This document shows positions 1 to 9,291 of a stretch of DNA of 51,101 nt, piece after piece. Location of the stretch: NCBI GenBank assembly GCA_032128875.1, contig JAVLKG010000020.1, positions 1 to 51,101 of the forward strand, read 5' to 3'. Under the pieces are notes generated by a model. That model saw only the letters and a list, made by a program, of their open reading frames with translations. It was not told the origin of the DNA and did not search any database. The position numbers were made by a program, and so were the translations under genes. Source of the stretch: Candidatus Melainabacteria bacterium 17Bon1m. GTDB lineage: Bacteria; Cyanobacteriota; Vampirovibrionia; Obscuribacterales; Obscuribacteraceae. The first letter of the stretch is position 1. Each line of letters begins with the position of its first letter.

Positions 1-76
1 CGCAAACAGCAGTTTTATGATCCCGAATTTTGTTCCTTCCGCCGTTAATTCACTTGACGGGAAAGAGGAAATCTAC

Positions 77-196
77 AATTGCTGTGCTGTTGGAGAGAAT
101 AATCACCACTTATAAATTGCTGTGCTGTTGGAGAATAATCACCCCTTATAAATTGCTGTGCTGTTGGCGAAAATAATCACGCACTACAAATTGCTT
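77..196. repeat. Tandem repeat, about 3.2 copies of a 36-38 bp unit (AATTGCTGTGCTGTTGG...AATAATCAC...TA)
   Basis: Units start at 77, 115, 151 and 189 (partial); near-identical with no unique spacers; runs directly into a GTAG palindrome. Confidence 0.9.
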
Positions 197-199
197 TGT

Positions 200-317
200 G
201 TAGGGGCGGCATTGATGCCGCCCGCCGATATCTAGATGTGAGAAACCTTGTTATAGAAAAGCGCCGATTATTTCTAATCAGCGCCTTCCAGGCTGGGCAT
301 AAACGATGAATCCCTAC
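200..317. repeat. REP-like GTAG palindrome with an inverted degenerate partner (REPIN/BIME-like)
   Basis: GTAG-GGGCGGCA-TTGA-TGCCGCCC at 200-223; degenerate opposite-strand copy ending CCCTAC at 317; internal hairpin at 256-288. Confidence 0.65.
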
Positions 318-382
318 CGATAAAACTATCTATGTCGCTCTTTGCGTATCGTTTTACGCACCTAGCGCGTTCCAATCTATCT

Positions 383-595
383 CTATTTATCGACCGGCGG
401 GCACAACAATCCGAAGACTAAATCCGTGTTTGATAGATTTTGTTCTCCATTTGCTGACTTCGCGCTTGTGGCAAGTTTCAAACTTTCGCGACCATGCTCA
501 TCAAATGCTTCCTCGAAAAGTCTTGCGTAAGATAGTTGCGAAAGACTCTGTCCTTCCTTTGAAACTTCGTTGGGTTGCGGATTTATAGCCGCCAT
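383..595 (-). CDS. Small hypothetical protein (70 aa)
   Basis: ATG with GGAGG RBS; same strand as, and directly downstream of, the 682-1533 gene. Confidence 0.65.
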   Translation of the reverse strand: MAAINPQPNEVSKEGQSLSQLSYARLFEEAFDEHGRESLKLATSAKSANGEQNLSNTDLVFGLLCPPVDK

Positions 596-681
596 TCGTT
601 GCCTCCATGGCTTTTGACGGCCATTATGATCTGTTTTAAAAATCCAAATTTGTGCTGAGTTTTACTTCGCTAAGTTAGGAC

Positions 682-1533
682 TTACTTTTCCCAATTGCCA
701 AATGACTTGATGGGATCTTGCGACGTGCGTGTTGGTGCTTGACGCGAAATTCCGGTAGTCCGCTCGCCGTATTTGCCGCCGAAATATTTCAGATCCAGCG
801 GGGTGATGAGCTCGTCTCCACCGGAGATATCATCGAATCCGTCAAGCATATTTCTAACAACCGGTACTTCCGTCTTGTTGAGGAATTTCGTGTAGTGTCC
901 GTCAAAATCAATCGCGTGTTTTAGTGACTCTCTTGTGATACCACCGGCGGAGGTATCCATCAGTTTGTTTGTGAGGTCTCCATCGTTTGCGGTGAGAGCT
1001 GCGAACATTTCGTGTACTCTCGGACTGGCTTTGGTTACTTGAGTCTGGGAGCCGTCTGATGCGGCATCGCCGGACTGTCCAGTGCGAGCTGCTTTCGCTT
1101 TTTCCATCGCTTGATTGATGTCGTCCATGCTGACGCATGTTCCATATCCTGGTGTTGTCTGATTCTTCAGGTCATCATAGTTTTTCATCAGAAAATGGTT
1201 CATCGCCTTTTCGACTGAATTCATATCTTTGTAAGTCGCAACTCTAAATCGTTGGAACGATTCGCCAGTGATATAGCCATCTTTGGAGAGATTGTCGTAA
1301 TTGTTTGACGCATACTTCAAACTGATTTCCGGCAGAAGATTGCTCTTCACGAGCTTCCAATGAACGCTTTCGGTGTACGCCTTTTCTTGCGCAGAACCAA
1401 TGCCAAATGCTTGTCTGTCTTTTTCGATTTCTCTGAAGACTTGCGTGAGATTGCCTTGTCCATCTGCAACTTTGCTGAACATATCCAGCGTTGATTTTGC
1501 TTCGGTTTCGACTGCGGTTTGTTTGGGGGGCAT
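682..1533 (-). CDS. Hypothetical protein with degenerate EF-hand-like motifs
   Basis: Long ORF; ATG 1533 has a GGAG RBS (ORF open to 1566); motifs DGYITGESF, AGGITRESL, GDELITPLDL and SNLLPEIS. Confidence 0.8.
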   Translation of the reverse strand: MPPKQTAVETEAKSTLDMFSKVADGQGNLTQVFREIEKDRQAFGIGSAQEKAYTESVHWKLVKSNLLPEISLKYASNNYDNLSKDGYITGESFQRFRVATYKDMNSVEKAMNHFLMKNYDDLKNQTTPGYGTCVSMDDINQAMEKAKAARTGQSGDAASDGSQTQVTKASPRVHEMFAALTANDGDLTNKLMDTSAGGITRESLKHAIDFDGHYTKFLNKTEVPVVRNMLDGFDDISGGDELITPLDLKYFGGKYGERTTGISRQAPTRTSQDPIKSFGNWEK

Positions 1534-1986
1534 AGGAAAATCTCCGTTTTTAGACGTGTCAGACATGCGCCGCGGCTGCTGACTTCACGGCGACTTGTGT
1601 CGCCGGATTGCTGCCATTGCGCTGGTAATGCTGTTCGAAGGGGGGAGTTAGCTCACTGGGAGCTAGATTTGTGCCGCTGGGGGGCGACTGCTGTACATGA
1701 TGCCAATTTACCGTCGTGTTTTGGCAAAGTATTGGCATCGCTGCCAGAGGTGTTTTTAGCCGTCCCTTCGCCAGTTTTCGTTGAGAACAGAACGTTGGAT
1801 TACGGCAAAACGGGTACCGTCATTCGGTTTTCAAGGACATTAGAGGATGCTTAAGACTTTTATCTTTTATCAATAAATGGCGGATGATATCCCAATGGCG
1901 TTGCAGGTCGGTTTTCGGCTTGGCAAGCTACTTATATAGCGGTCCTTGGCGGGACCAAATTGTCTTACTCCTTGGAGGGTCAAAAC

Positions 1987-3480
1987 GTGGCCGTAGCTAT
2001 GGAAAAAGAATTACTTTGCAAGGATTTTCTTGCCAGACCGAAACAGCTTCTTATCGATGGTAAGTGGGTAAACGCTGAATCGGGCAAGACCTTCGAAGTG
2101 TATAACCCGGCAACCGAAGAAGTCATTGCTAAAGTCCAAGAAGGCGGCAAGGCTGACGTAGACAAAGCAGTTAAGGCAGCAAGAAAAGCTTTTGAAACCG
2201 GTCCCTGGCGCACAATGAGCACAGCTCAACGTCAGCGTTTGCTGATGAAACTGGCCGATGCCATCGAAGCTCATGCTGACGAATTGGCTCAAATCGAAAC
2301 GCTCGACAATGGCAAACCGATCAACGAATCGCGTTATGTTGACGTTGTTCAAACCGTTGAAACCTTCCGCTACTACGCTGGTTGGGCAACCAAGTTGGAA
2401 GGCGAAACCATCAATGCCAATTCCAACTTCTTCACCTACACCCTCCGCGAGCCGGTTGGCGTAGTTGGACAAATTATTCCTTGGAACTTCCCAATGCTCA
2501 TGGCAGCATGGAAGTTGGGTCCTGCTCTCGCTTGCGGCAACACCGTTGTTCTCAAGCCGGCAGAACAAACCCCACTTTCCGCTCTCCGCATCGGTGAATT
2601 GGCATTGGAAGTTGGTTTCCCACCAGGCGTAATCAACATCATCACCGGCTTTGGTCCTGACTCTGCAGGTTCTGCAATCTCCGAGCACATGGACATCGAC
2701 AAAGTCGCATTCACCGGCGAAGAGAACACCGGTCGCATCATCGTTAAGGCTTCTGCCGGCAACCTCAAGAGAGTTTCTCTGGAACTCGGCGGCAAAGCTC
2801 CTAACATCGTATTCGCTGATGCCGACATCGATGCAGCCGTCAAAGGCGCCATCACCGGTATCTTCTTCAACCAAGGTCAAGTTTGCTGCGCAGGCTCCAG
2901 ACTCTTCCTCGAAAGCTCTATCCATGATGAGTTCATGAAGAAGTTGACAGAGCGCGTCTCCAAGATCAAACAAGGTCATGGTTTGGACGAGAAGACTGTA
3001 ATCGGACCACAAGTCTCGAAAGAACAGCAAGAGCGCATCCTCAACTACATCGACATCGCGCAGAAAGAAGGCGCGAAGCTCGCTTGTGGCGGCGGAACAC
3101 CGAAGGATCAACAAAAAGGCTACTTCGTTGAGCCGACCATCTTCACCAACTGCACCAACGATATGCGTATCGCTAAGGAAGAAGTCTTCGGACCCGTCCT
3201 CGCAGTAATTCCTTTCAAGACCGTCGAAGAAGTTGCAGAACAAGCCAACAAGACCACCTTCGGTCTCTCTGGCGCTGTCTGGACTAAAGACGTTAAGAAA
3301 GCCCACAAGCTCGCCGCACAAATCAAAGCTGGAACCATCTGGGTCAACTGCTACAACGCATTCGATCCTGCAGTTCCGTTCGGTGGCTACAAGATGAGCG
3401 GCTATGGTCGAGAACTCGGCAAGCACTCGATCGAGCTCTACAGCAACATCAAGTCTGTCTGGGTAAACCTCCAAGACTAG
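1987..3480 (+). CDS. NAD(P)-dependent aldehyde dehydrogenase (ALDH family 1/2-like)
   Basis: PWNFP, LKPAEQTP, LELGGK (catalytic Glu), FFNQGQVCCAGSR (catalytic Cys), EEVFGPV, PFGGYKMSG; GTG at 1987 follows a GGAGG RBS. Confidence 0.97.
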   Translation: MAVAMEKELLCKDFLARPKQLLIDGKWVNAESGKTFEVYNPATEEVIAKVQEGGKADVDKAVKAARKAFETGPWRTMSTAQRQRLLMKLADAIEAHADELAQIETLDNGKPINESRYVDVVQTVETFRYYAGWATKLEGETINANSNFFTYTLREPVGVVGQIIPWNFPMLMAAWKLGPALACGNTVVLKPAEQTPLSALRIGELALEVGFPPGVINIITGFGPDSAGSAISEHMDIDKVAFTGEENTGRIIVKASAGNLKRVSLELGGKAPNIVFADADIDAAVKGAITGIFFNQGQVCCAGSRLFLESSIHDEFMKKLTERVSKIKQGHGLDEKTVIGPQVSKEQQERILNYIDIAQKEGAKLACGGGTPKDQQKGYFVEPTIFTNCTNDMRIAKEEVFGPVLAVIPFKTVEEVAEQANKTTFGLSGAVWTKDVKKAHKLAAQIKAGTIWVNCYNAFDPAVPFGGYKMSGYGRELGKHSIELYSNIKSVWVNLQD

Positions 3481-3491
3481 GGTTCCGAAAT

Positions 3492-3516
3492 GTAGGGGCG
3501 ACGCCATGCGTCGCCC
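3492..3516 (+). repeat. REP-like GTAG palindrome
   Basis: GTAG-GGGCGACGC-CAT-GCGTCGCCC just after the ALDH stop. Confidence 0.8.
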
Positions 3517-3562
3517 GGCTTATAGATCCCTTCATCGCGAAGGGCAGAGAAAAAATCAAAAG

Positions 3563-3597
3563 GAAAGGCGCTGGGAAACTGGCGCTTTTCTTTTTTG
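3563..3597 (+). terminator. Rho-independent terminator after ALDH
   Basis: GAAAGGCGCTGG-GAAA-CTGGCGCTTTTC stem (with GU pairs) followed by a T run. Confidence 0.75.
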
Positions 3598-3616
3598 CTC
3601 CTAGTGGTATTTCTTA

Positions 3617-3658
3617 TTTGTTTGTTTTTTTGTTTTTTTGTTTTTTTGTTTTTTGTTG
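3617..3658. repeat. T-rich simple repeat (TTTTTTTG)n
   Basis: Seen directly upstream of doxX. Confidence 0.8.
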
Positions 3659-3798
3659 CCAGCACATCGACAAGCAAAGATTCACATAGACTCGGATTTC
3701 GGAACCATGCCTAATTCTGTCCGTCTAACATGCAGTGTTAAATTGTTTCTGTGGTTTATTTAGTTCCTGCAAATGAAGCCAGTGAGTGGAGAATAGAC

Positions 3799-4275
3799 AT
3801 GATTGGTTTTTTTGATAATTTTGTGGGCAAGAAGGGCTCGGTCGGTCTTCTGGTATTGCGCCTCGTAGCTGGTGCGGGAATGATTATGCACGGTTACCCA
3901 AAACTGGCGCACGCAACTTCTTGGATGGGCGCCGAGTCATGGGCACCAGGATGGCTACAAGCAATGGCAGTAGCTTGCGAAGTTGGCGGTGGTCTGTTTT
4001 TAGCGCTGGGTTTGTTGACTCCGTTAGCCTGTCTCGGCATTCTATGCGTAATGGTGACCGGTATGCTGTCGGTTCACATTCCCGCTGGACACCCGTTCGT
4101 AGCGAAAGGTGGACCTTCTTACGAAAGTGCACTGTTGTACTTCGCAATTGCATTCTCCTATTTGATGGTCGGACCCGGGTTGTTCTCGATAGACGCCTTG
4201 CTGTTCAGGCGCAGACAGGCAGTTTTACCTCGCGCAAGAACCACCGAAATCGAAAGAGTTGGAGCCGGGGTCTAA
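3799..4275 (+). CDS. DoxX family membrane protein
   Basis: GLLVLRLVAG...MHGYPKL, EVGGGL...LGLLT, H...G..YE.AL...GPG.FSID pattern; ATG 3799 with GGAG RBS. Confidence 0.93.
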   Translation: MIGFFDNFVGKKGSVGLLVLRLVAGAGMIMHGYPKLAHATSWMGAESWAPGWLQAMAVACEVGGGLFLALGLLTPLACLGILCVMVTGMLSVHIPAGHPFVAKGGPSYESALLYFAIAFSYLMVGPGLFSIDALLFRRRQAVLPRARTTEIERVGAGV

Positions 4276-4309
4276 CTAGACCGTCTAACCAGACATAGAT
4301 TGCAATATG

Positions 4310-4335
4310 AAAAGCGCCGGGAAGCCAGCGCTTTT
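4310..4335. terminator. Probable bidirectional terminator
   Basis: AAAAGCGC...GCGCTTTT hairpin between convergent genes. Confidence 0.65.
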
Positions 4336-4384
4336 AGTAGAACTGGAATAAATTAGTTAGTCGAAGTCGAGTAGTATCTTCAAA

Positions 4385-4591
4385 TTAGACGCCAACCAAC
4401 TCTAGCGATGGCAACTTTGTATCAGGGCGGTGCTTACTGTTCATCTCCGAGCAATCGCTTGGTTTACTTACAATCGGCCCGCCAGGCCCACACTGGTAAA
4501 CTTGACGCGCAAGCTGAGCCGAATCTTCTGTTGCCTCTTGAGTGGCCATCTCACTCGCTCGACTTTGATTGATTTCGTTTTCCAGTCTCAT
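4385..4591 (-). CDS. Small hypothetical protein (68 aa)
   Basis: ATG 4591 preceded by AAGGAG; ends in LPSLELVGV; follows the 4678-5982 gene. Confidence 0.7.
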   Translation of the reverse strand: MRLENEINQSRASEMATQEATEDSAQLARQVYQCGPGGPIVSKPSDCSEMNSKHRPDTKLPSLELVGV

Positions 4592-4677
4592 AGTGATACT
4601 CCTTAGATCGTTAGAAATTAGCTTTGATTTTCGTCTTTGCAAATCGGATGTGACTCCTTCTCTTTCGCACTTGAATC

Positions 4678-5982
4678 TCAGTGCGGATACTTCTTATCGA
4701 ACCAAGCGATCAATTTTGTATTGTTAGTTGCTTGTACTTTCGAACGAACAAGCTCCAAATTGCCTTCTCCTTCTAAGTTGATTACGGGCGTTCCGACACG
4801 TATGGATTTCCAATCCACGCCGATGTCTTTTAGCAAAACTTTCGTGAGGTCGCGAAGAGCAGTGTTGTCGAGATCTGAGCCTGCCAGCATGTTTTTAGCT
4901 ACCGCATATGGTCCCTGGTTTCGGATGACTTTACTGGATTCATTGTCTATTGCAGCCGTCTGATCAGGTCTCGATGACGAGGACATATTGTCTGTTCTTT
5001 TTTCTGCTGATACGCGCTTACCGCTTTGTGCTTGCTTTGCATCGGCTGGTCTGACGTCAGTAAGAGTTGTTCGCGCCTTTGCTTCATCGATTGATCTATA
5101 TCCCAATCCATCAAGCAGACTTTCTCTCGTCATCCTTCCGTAACTGTTGAACCATTCGATTCCTGTACGGCGCGGAATTACCCCAGCAACGTTATCTTTG
5201 AGCACAGCGCCTGGTTTGTTGTCCTTATTGCGATCATCATCAAATGCCATTCTCAGTTGCTCTACTGTTGAGCCAACTCGGTTTTGCGCTTCTTGCGTAG
5301 AGCCGTAGCGCTTGCGGAATTCAACACCCGCGGCACCAGGCTGACTCCAATTCTCCTGGAAACGTTCGACTTTTTCCATTGTGATATCGCCACCGCTGGC
5401 GATATCATTGAACAGTTTTGGGTGGGTCGCTAGAAGACCCAGAGACTTGCGATTTTCAGCCTGCATTTTGTCAACTTGCTGATGCCCGTGCAGCTGACTT
5501 TCAAACACATTGACACCACCGAGGGTAAACATTTGAGACTTGTTCTGCCAGATATAAGGGTTCCATCCGTTTTCCGCCCGAATAGCTTGATACTTTGCTC
5601 CAAACTGGCGATAAAGCTCCTGATACACTGGGTTTGTTTCTCGGGACGTAGCCGATCTGATTTTTTCCGGGTCCACAATTTTTTCTGTAACCCACGGCTT
5701 TTTGCTGTCTCTCAAAATTTCATTAGGATTTTGCATTCCAAATGCAACTGACATCTCGGGAAGAATGTTAGAGGCTCGTCCGTCACCCTGCAGATTCTTA
5801 AGAAGAGCGCTGTTGTATGCGGCCCGTTCTCTTTCCGGCACTGAATTTATTTCGGTTCTCATTCTATTTACGGCTGCATCGCTGCCTTCGTCGTTGAGCG
5901 TCTTTCTAATGCTGATTGCATCAGCCAGCGCTTCTCTTTGAGGTCCCTTCGATGAGTCGTATCCGGCATCTGAGCGTGTCAT
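4678..5982 (-). CDS. Hypothetical protein with a possible C-terminal LysM-like domain
   Basis: ATG 5982 with AGGAG RBS; SNILPEMS motif; C-terminal KVIRNQGPYAVAKNML...IRVG resembles a divergent LysM fold. Confidence 0.8.
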   Translation of the reverse strand: MTRSDAGYDSSKGPQREALADAISIRKTLNDEGSDAAVNRMRTEINSVPERERAAYNSALLKNLQGDGRASNILPEMSVAFGMQNPNEILRDSKKPWVTEKIVDPEKIRSATSRETNPVYQELYRQFGAKYQAIRAENGWNPYIWQNKSQMFTLGGVNVFESQLHGHQQVDKMQAENRKSLGLLATHPKLFNDIASGGDITMEKVERFQENWSQPGAAGVEFRKRYGSTQEAQNRVGSTVEQLRMAFDDDRNKDNKPGAVLKDNVAGVIPRRTGIEWFNSYGRMTRESLLDGLGYRSIDEAKARTTLTDVRPADAKQAQSGKRVSAEKRTDNMSSSSRPDQTAAIDNESSKVIRNQGPYAVAKNMLAGSDLDNTALRDLTKVLLKDIGVDWKSIRVGTPVINLEGEGNLELVRSKVQATNNTKLIAWFDKKYPH

Positions 5983-6143
5983 AGTAATCTCTCCTGTAAA
6001 AATCAATCGTCGCTACCGCCTACGGTTTCTACTTTTCGGTAAGACTTTGTCGGATTTCGGCGAGTGGTTGGTTGGCTATGGGGCGTTGCGTGGCGGCTCA
6101 ACTCGGCTGTATCATGGGGTGACATTAATGTAGGGCAAGGCAA

Positions 6144-6161
6144 CGTTAAGGGTCCGTTAAG
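6144..6161 (+). promoter_or_regulatory. Putative OmpR/PhoB-type direct-repeat box
   Basis: CGTTAAG-N4-CGTTAAG (11-bp period) about 45 bp upstream of an OmpR-family regulator. Confidence 0.45.
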
Positions 6162-6203
6162 TACTAAACGGCGACGAAACATCTGAGAGGAAAGCTCGCC
6201 AAC

Positions 6204-6887
6204 ATGCCCAAGTTGTTACTAGTAGAAGATGACACTGATTTGAGTACACATCTCTCCGATCTGCTGGAGTCTCATGGCTGGCAGGTAGAGAAAGCGGATA
6301 ATGGCGCAGACGGACTGATGCTGCTGCGCAATTTCAAGTATGACTTCGCTCTTCTCGATTGGAATCTTCCGGAATTAAGTGGGATAGAAATTTGCCGGAA
6401 GTTTCGAGCCGATGGTGGGGATACCCCCGTAATTTTTCTCACTAGCAAGGGCGAAATAGAAGATAAGGAATGTGGTCTGGATGCCGGCGGCGATGATTAT
6501 TTGACGAAACCATTTGATGTGCGTGAACTACTTGCCAGGATGAGGTCAGTAGAGCGGCGTCGGAAACAGGTTGTGCCCGGCAAACTCGAGATTAGGGGAG
6601 TGACTCTTGATCCTAAACTTCGTAGAGTTCAATTTAGAGACCAGGCTGCACAACTTACTTTGAAGGAATGCACGATCTTCGAGCATCTAATGCAGCACAC
6701 CGGAAACTACTTCACCTCGCCACAACTTTTCGAAGCCCTCTGGCCATCTGACGTCGACTCCTCGGAAGAAACTGTTAGAGTTCATATGAAAATGCTGCGT
6801 GGAAAGCTAGAGAAAATCGGATGCACGGATTTGATCAAAACTGTTCGGGGCGCAGGGTACATTATTGAGTCTAGCAAGAGCGAGTAG
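6204..6887 (+). CDS. OmpR/PhoB family response regulator
   Basis: REC domain (LLVEDD, LLDWNLP, DDYLTKPF) plus winged helix (VRVHMKMLRGKL, TVRGAGY). Confidence 0.96.
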   Translation: MPKLLLVEDDTDLSTHLSDLLESHGWQVEKADNGADGLMLLRNFKYDFALLDWNLPELSGIEICRKFRADGGDTPVIFLTSKGEIEDKECGLDAGGDDYLTKPFDVRELLARMRSVERRRKQVVPGKLEIRGVTLDPKLRRVQFRDQAAQLTLKECTIFEHLMQHTGNYFTSPQLFEALWPSDVDSSEETVRVHMKMLRGKLEKIGCTDLIKTVRGAGYIIESSKSE

Positions 6888-6900
6888 CTGAGAATTGCAC

Positions 6901-8379
6901 ATGCTGCCGAAACTCAAACTGCGAATCTTGCACAAAGGCCTTTTGTTGCTCTTGATCCCTTTTGCGTTGCAGATTGTTTTATTCGCTCAGCTTTTTTCGC
7001 TTGCTTCGAAATCTGAGGCGCTTTCTGTCGAAGTAGACAAGCTTGCCGTCAAGCAAGCGGTTATTAGTGCTCTTGCTGGGTCGCTTGTTAGCGTTATTCA
7101 GAGGATGCTCGGACTGACCATAGGACATACAGGAACGGTTCAGAACACCGAAGAAGCAATTGAAAAATTGCACGCGCGTTCGGCGGAAGCTCGACAAATT
7201 TTGGAAAGTAGCGGACGAAAGGATGTATTCGATTCCAAGCTCGTTAACCTCATTGAAGACGTTCAGAAAGATCAAATTGAGATGCTTGCATTGCTTAGGA
7301 ATTATCAGAAGGAGAAAGCAAACTCAGAAGATCGTCCTTTAGAAGCCATTGCCGACCTGCGCGAATTGAAGAACCGGTGGTTCAAGTTTGGCAGAAGCAT
7401 GGTCTTGCTTAAACAAATGATGGATGAGCAAGTGCCTGTCATACAAAAGCGGATCACGGAAAACCAGGCCCAAAGAGAAAAGATAAAACCAATGCTTTTG
7501 TTTGGGATAGCATCAGAGTTTGGTCTGACTATTTTGTTGATTCTGTTGTTTCTCAAAGACATTACCGGTCGGTTGCAAGTCCTGGTTGGAAATGCTTATC
7601 GAATTCCTAGTGGCAAGCCGCTGTCCGCAAACGTTTCTGGAACTGATGAGTTGGCATACCTCGATACCGTTCTTCATTCTGCTTCGAATCAGCTGCGAGA
7701 AGCGTCTGAGTATAGAAAATCTCTGATGCAGATGGTCGCTCATGATTTGAGATCTCCACTTATATCAATGAAATTGGCACTGGAGCTGATTCTTGCCCCT
7801 CAGGATGAGTCGACTCGCGTGAATCGAGTAATGAGTGTTACAAGAAATGTTGGAAGACTGATATTACTAATCGACGATTTACTTACGATCGAGAAGCTTG
7901 AGTCCGGTAAAATGGACCTTAGTCTTGACGCTGTTGACATAGGCAAGATGGTGGACGAGGCTTTTGAAACGCTTGCTTCTCACGCACAGTCGAAATCCAT
8001 CACACTCAAGAATGAAGTCCGCGGTGTTGTGATCGCTGCTGACCCTGATCGATTGATGCAAGTTATCGCCAATCTCGTTTCCAATGCAATCAAGTATACG
8101 AGGAAAAATACTGCGGTTGTGGTTTCGGCTGAAGTAGAGTCAGCCGCCATCAAGGTGTCGATAACGGATGAGGGGGAAGGGATCTCTACTGATAAGCAAG
8201 GAAAACTTTTCGAGAAATTCTACCGCACTGATCCTGATGCGGCTGAGCAAGGTTTTGGGCTGGGCCTTGCAATCTGTAAACTGATTGTGGATGCTCATGG
8301 CGGAAAGATCGGTGTTGTTAGCAGCGAAGGTAAGGGGAGCATGTTTTGGTTCACAATCCCAGTGGACCGAGAAGAATAG
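6901..8379 (+). CDS. Membrane sensor histidine kinase (HAMP-HisKA-HATPase)
   Basis: TM segments; H-box AHDLRSPL, N-box NLVSNAIKY, DEGEG, GFGLGL; directly downstream of the regulator. Confidence 0.95.
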   Translation: MLPKLKLRILHKGLLLLLIPFALQIVLFAQLFSLASKSEALSVEVDKLAVKQAVISALAGSLVSVIQRMLGLTIGHTGTVQNTEEAIEKLHARSAEARQILESSGRKDVFDSKLVNLIEDVQKDQIEMLALLRNYQKEKANSEDRPLEAIADLRELKNRWFKFGRSMVLLKQMMDEQVPVIQKRITENQAQREKIKPMLLFGIASEFGLTILLILLFLKDITGRLQVLVGNAYRIPSGKPLSANVSGTDELAYLDTVLHSASNQLREASEYRKSLMQMVAHDLRSPLISMKLALELILAPQDESTRVNRVMSVTRNVGRLILLIDDLLTIEKLESGKMDLSLDAVDIGKMVDEAFETLASHAQSKSITLKNEVRGVVIAADPDRLMQVIANLVSNAIKYTRKNTAVVVSAEVESAAIKVSITDEGEGISTDKQGKLFEKFYRTDPDAAEQGFGLGLAICKLIVDAHGGKIGVVSSEGKGSMFWFTIPVDREE

Positions 8380-8389
8380 ATGCGCGAGA

Positions 8390-8974
8390 TTATTTCTCTT
8401 TTCGCTTCTCCAACTGGCTAAGATTACTGCTGAACCAATGGCGTTTGAGGTCGTAGTAGTTATCTACTGTGCCGTCATTGTTCTTGTCTAATTGAGCGCT
8501 ATGGATTAATCCAGAGAAAAAGCCACGGCTAAATTTGAGTGATTGATCCGGCTTCGCATCGTTGTCCGTGTCTATCTTGAGACCATGAACTTTGTTTGAA
8601 AACCACGCGTAGTTCGGATAAAAGGTTGCATCAGATGTGCCGTCAGCCTTCAAATCTAGCTTTGCGTTATTGACCACGCCGAGCGTTCTGTCGAATTGAA
8701 TTGAATATTGTTTGGTGCCATCCGTTCCTTTTACATCGATTTTGTCCATGTATCCGAAAAAGGAATATGTAATTTCGCCACAGGCATCAGCTTTACCGTC
8801 TTTGTCTCTATCGATGTCTACTGTAACCGGCTTGCCGGAAAAGAATTTGCAGTCGGTAACTGAAATGTTGGGAGGTCCAAATGCGTTTTCGCGCGCTTCG
8901 TCCATCAAATGTTCTGCTGCGATGAGCGAACCGGCTACAAATGGTTCCGCTTCCCTGGTGTTGTATTTCGACAT
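8390..8974 (-). CDS. Hypothetical protein with repeated DxDxDG-like (Ca-binding-like) motifs
   Basis: DIDRDKDGKAD, DVKGTDG, DLKADGTSD, DTDNDAKPD, DKNNDGTVD at a period of roughly 27-30 aa. Confidence 0.8.
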   Translation of the reverse strand: MSKYNTREAEPFVAGSLIAAEHLMDEARENAFGPPNISVTDCKFFSGKPVTVDIDRDKDGKADACGEITYSFFGYMDKIDVKGTDGTKQYSIQFDRTLGVVNNAKLDLKADGTSDATFYPNYAWFSNKVHGLKIDTDNDAKPDQSLKFSRGFFSGLIHSAQLDKNNDGTVDNYYDLKRHWFSSNLSQLEKRKEK

Positions 8975-9291
8975 AGCTTCTCACCTATATGTCCATATCG
9001 AACTTATGGGCGAGATGTTGCAATTCTATTTCAGACGTATGCGGAAAACACTAATGGCGGCGCGTTTTCAGTCCTCAAGACTCGACCGTCCTGCATCGGT
9101 TTTGTCTGCCTTCACTGATAAACAGCGGTTCAATGGAGTGGGTGGTCTGTTTTGCGAGTTTCGGAACTAACCCTGGGTAAAATGTAAAAGATCCATCCGT
9201 ATATGAAACTGAAAGAAAAAACGCTAGCTATAGAGTCTGTGCGCACAGAGTTTTACACAATAGGTCCAGCCCCTTTGCCTTTACAGGGAGA

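Noticed and set aside
77-196. Possible CRISPR array
   Set aside because: The units are contiguous and near-identical, with no unique spacers, and no cas genes are in the window.
1642-1665. tRNA-like 5' end (GGGGAGTTAGCTCACTGGGAG)
   Set aside because: No anticodon arm, TTCRA T-arm or complementary acceptor stem follows; it is only a short hairpin.
2011-3507. 498-aa antisense ORF
   Set aside because: It is an exact shadow of the strongly codon-biased ALDH gene and has no recognisable motifs.
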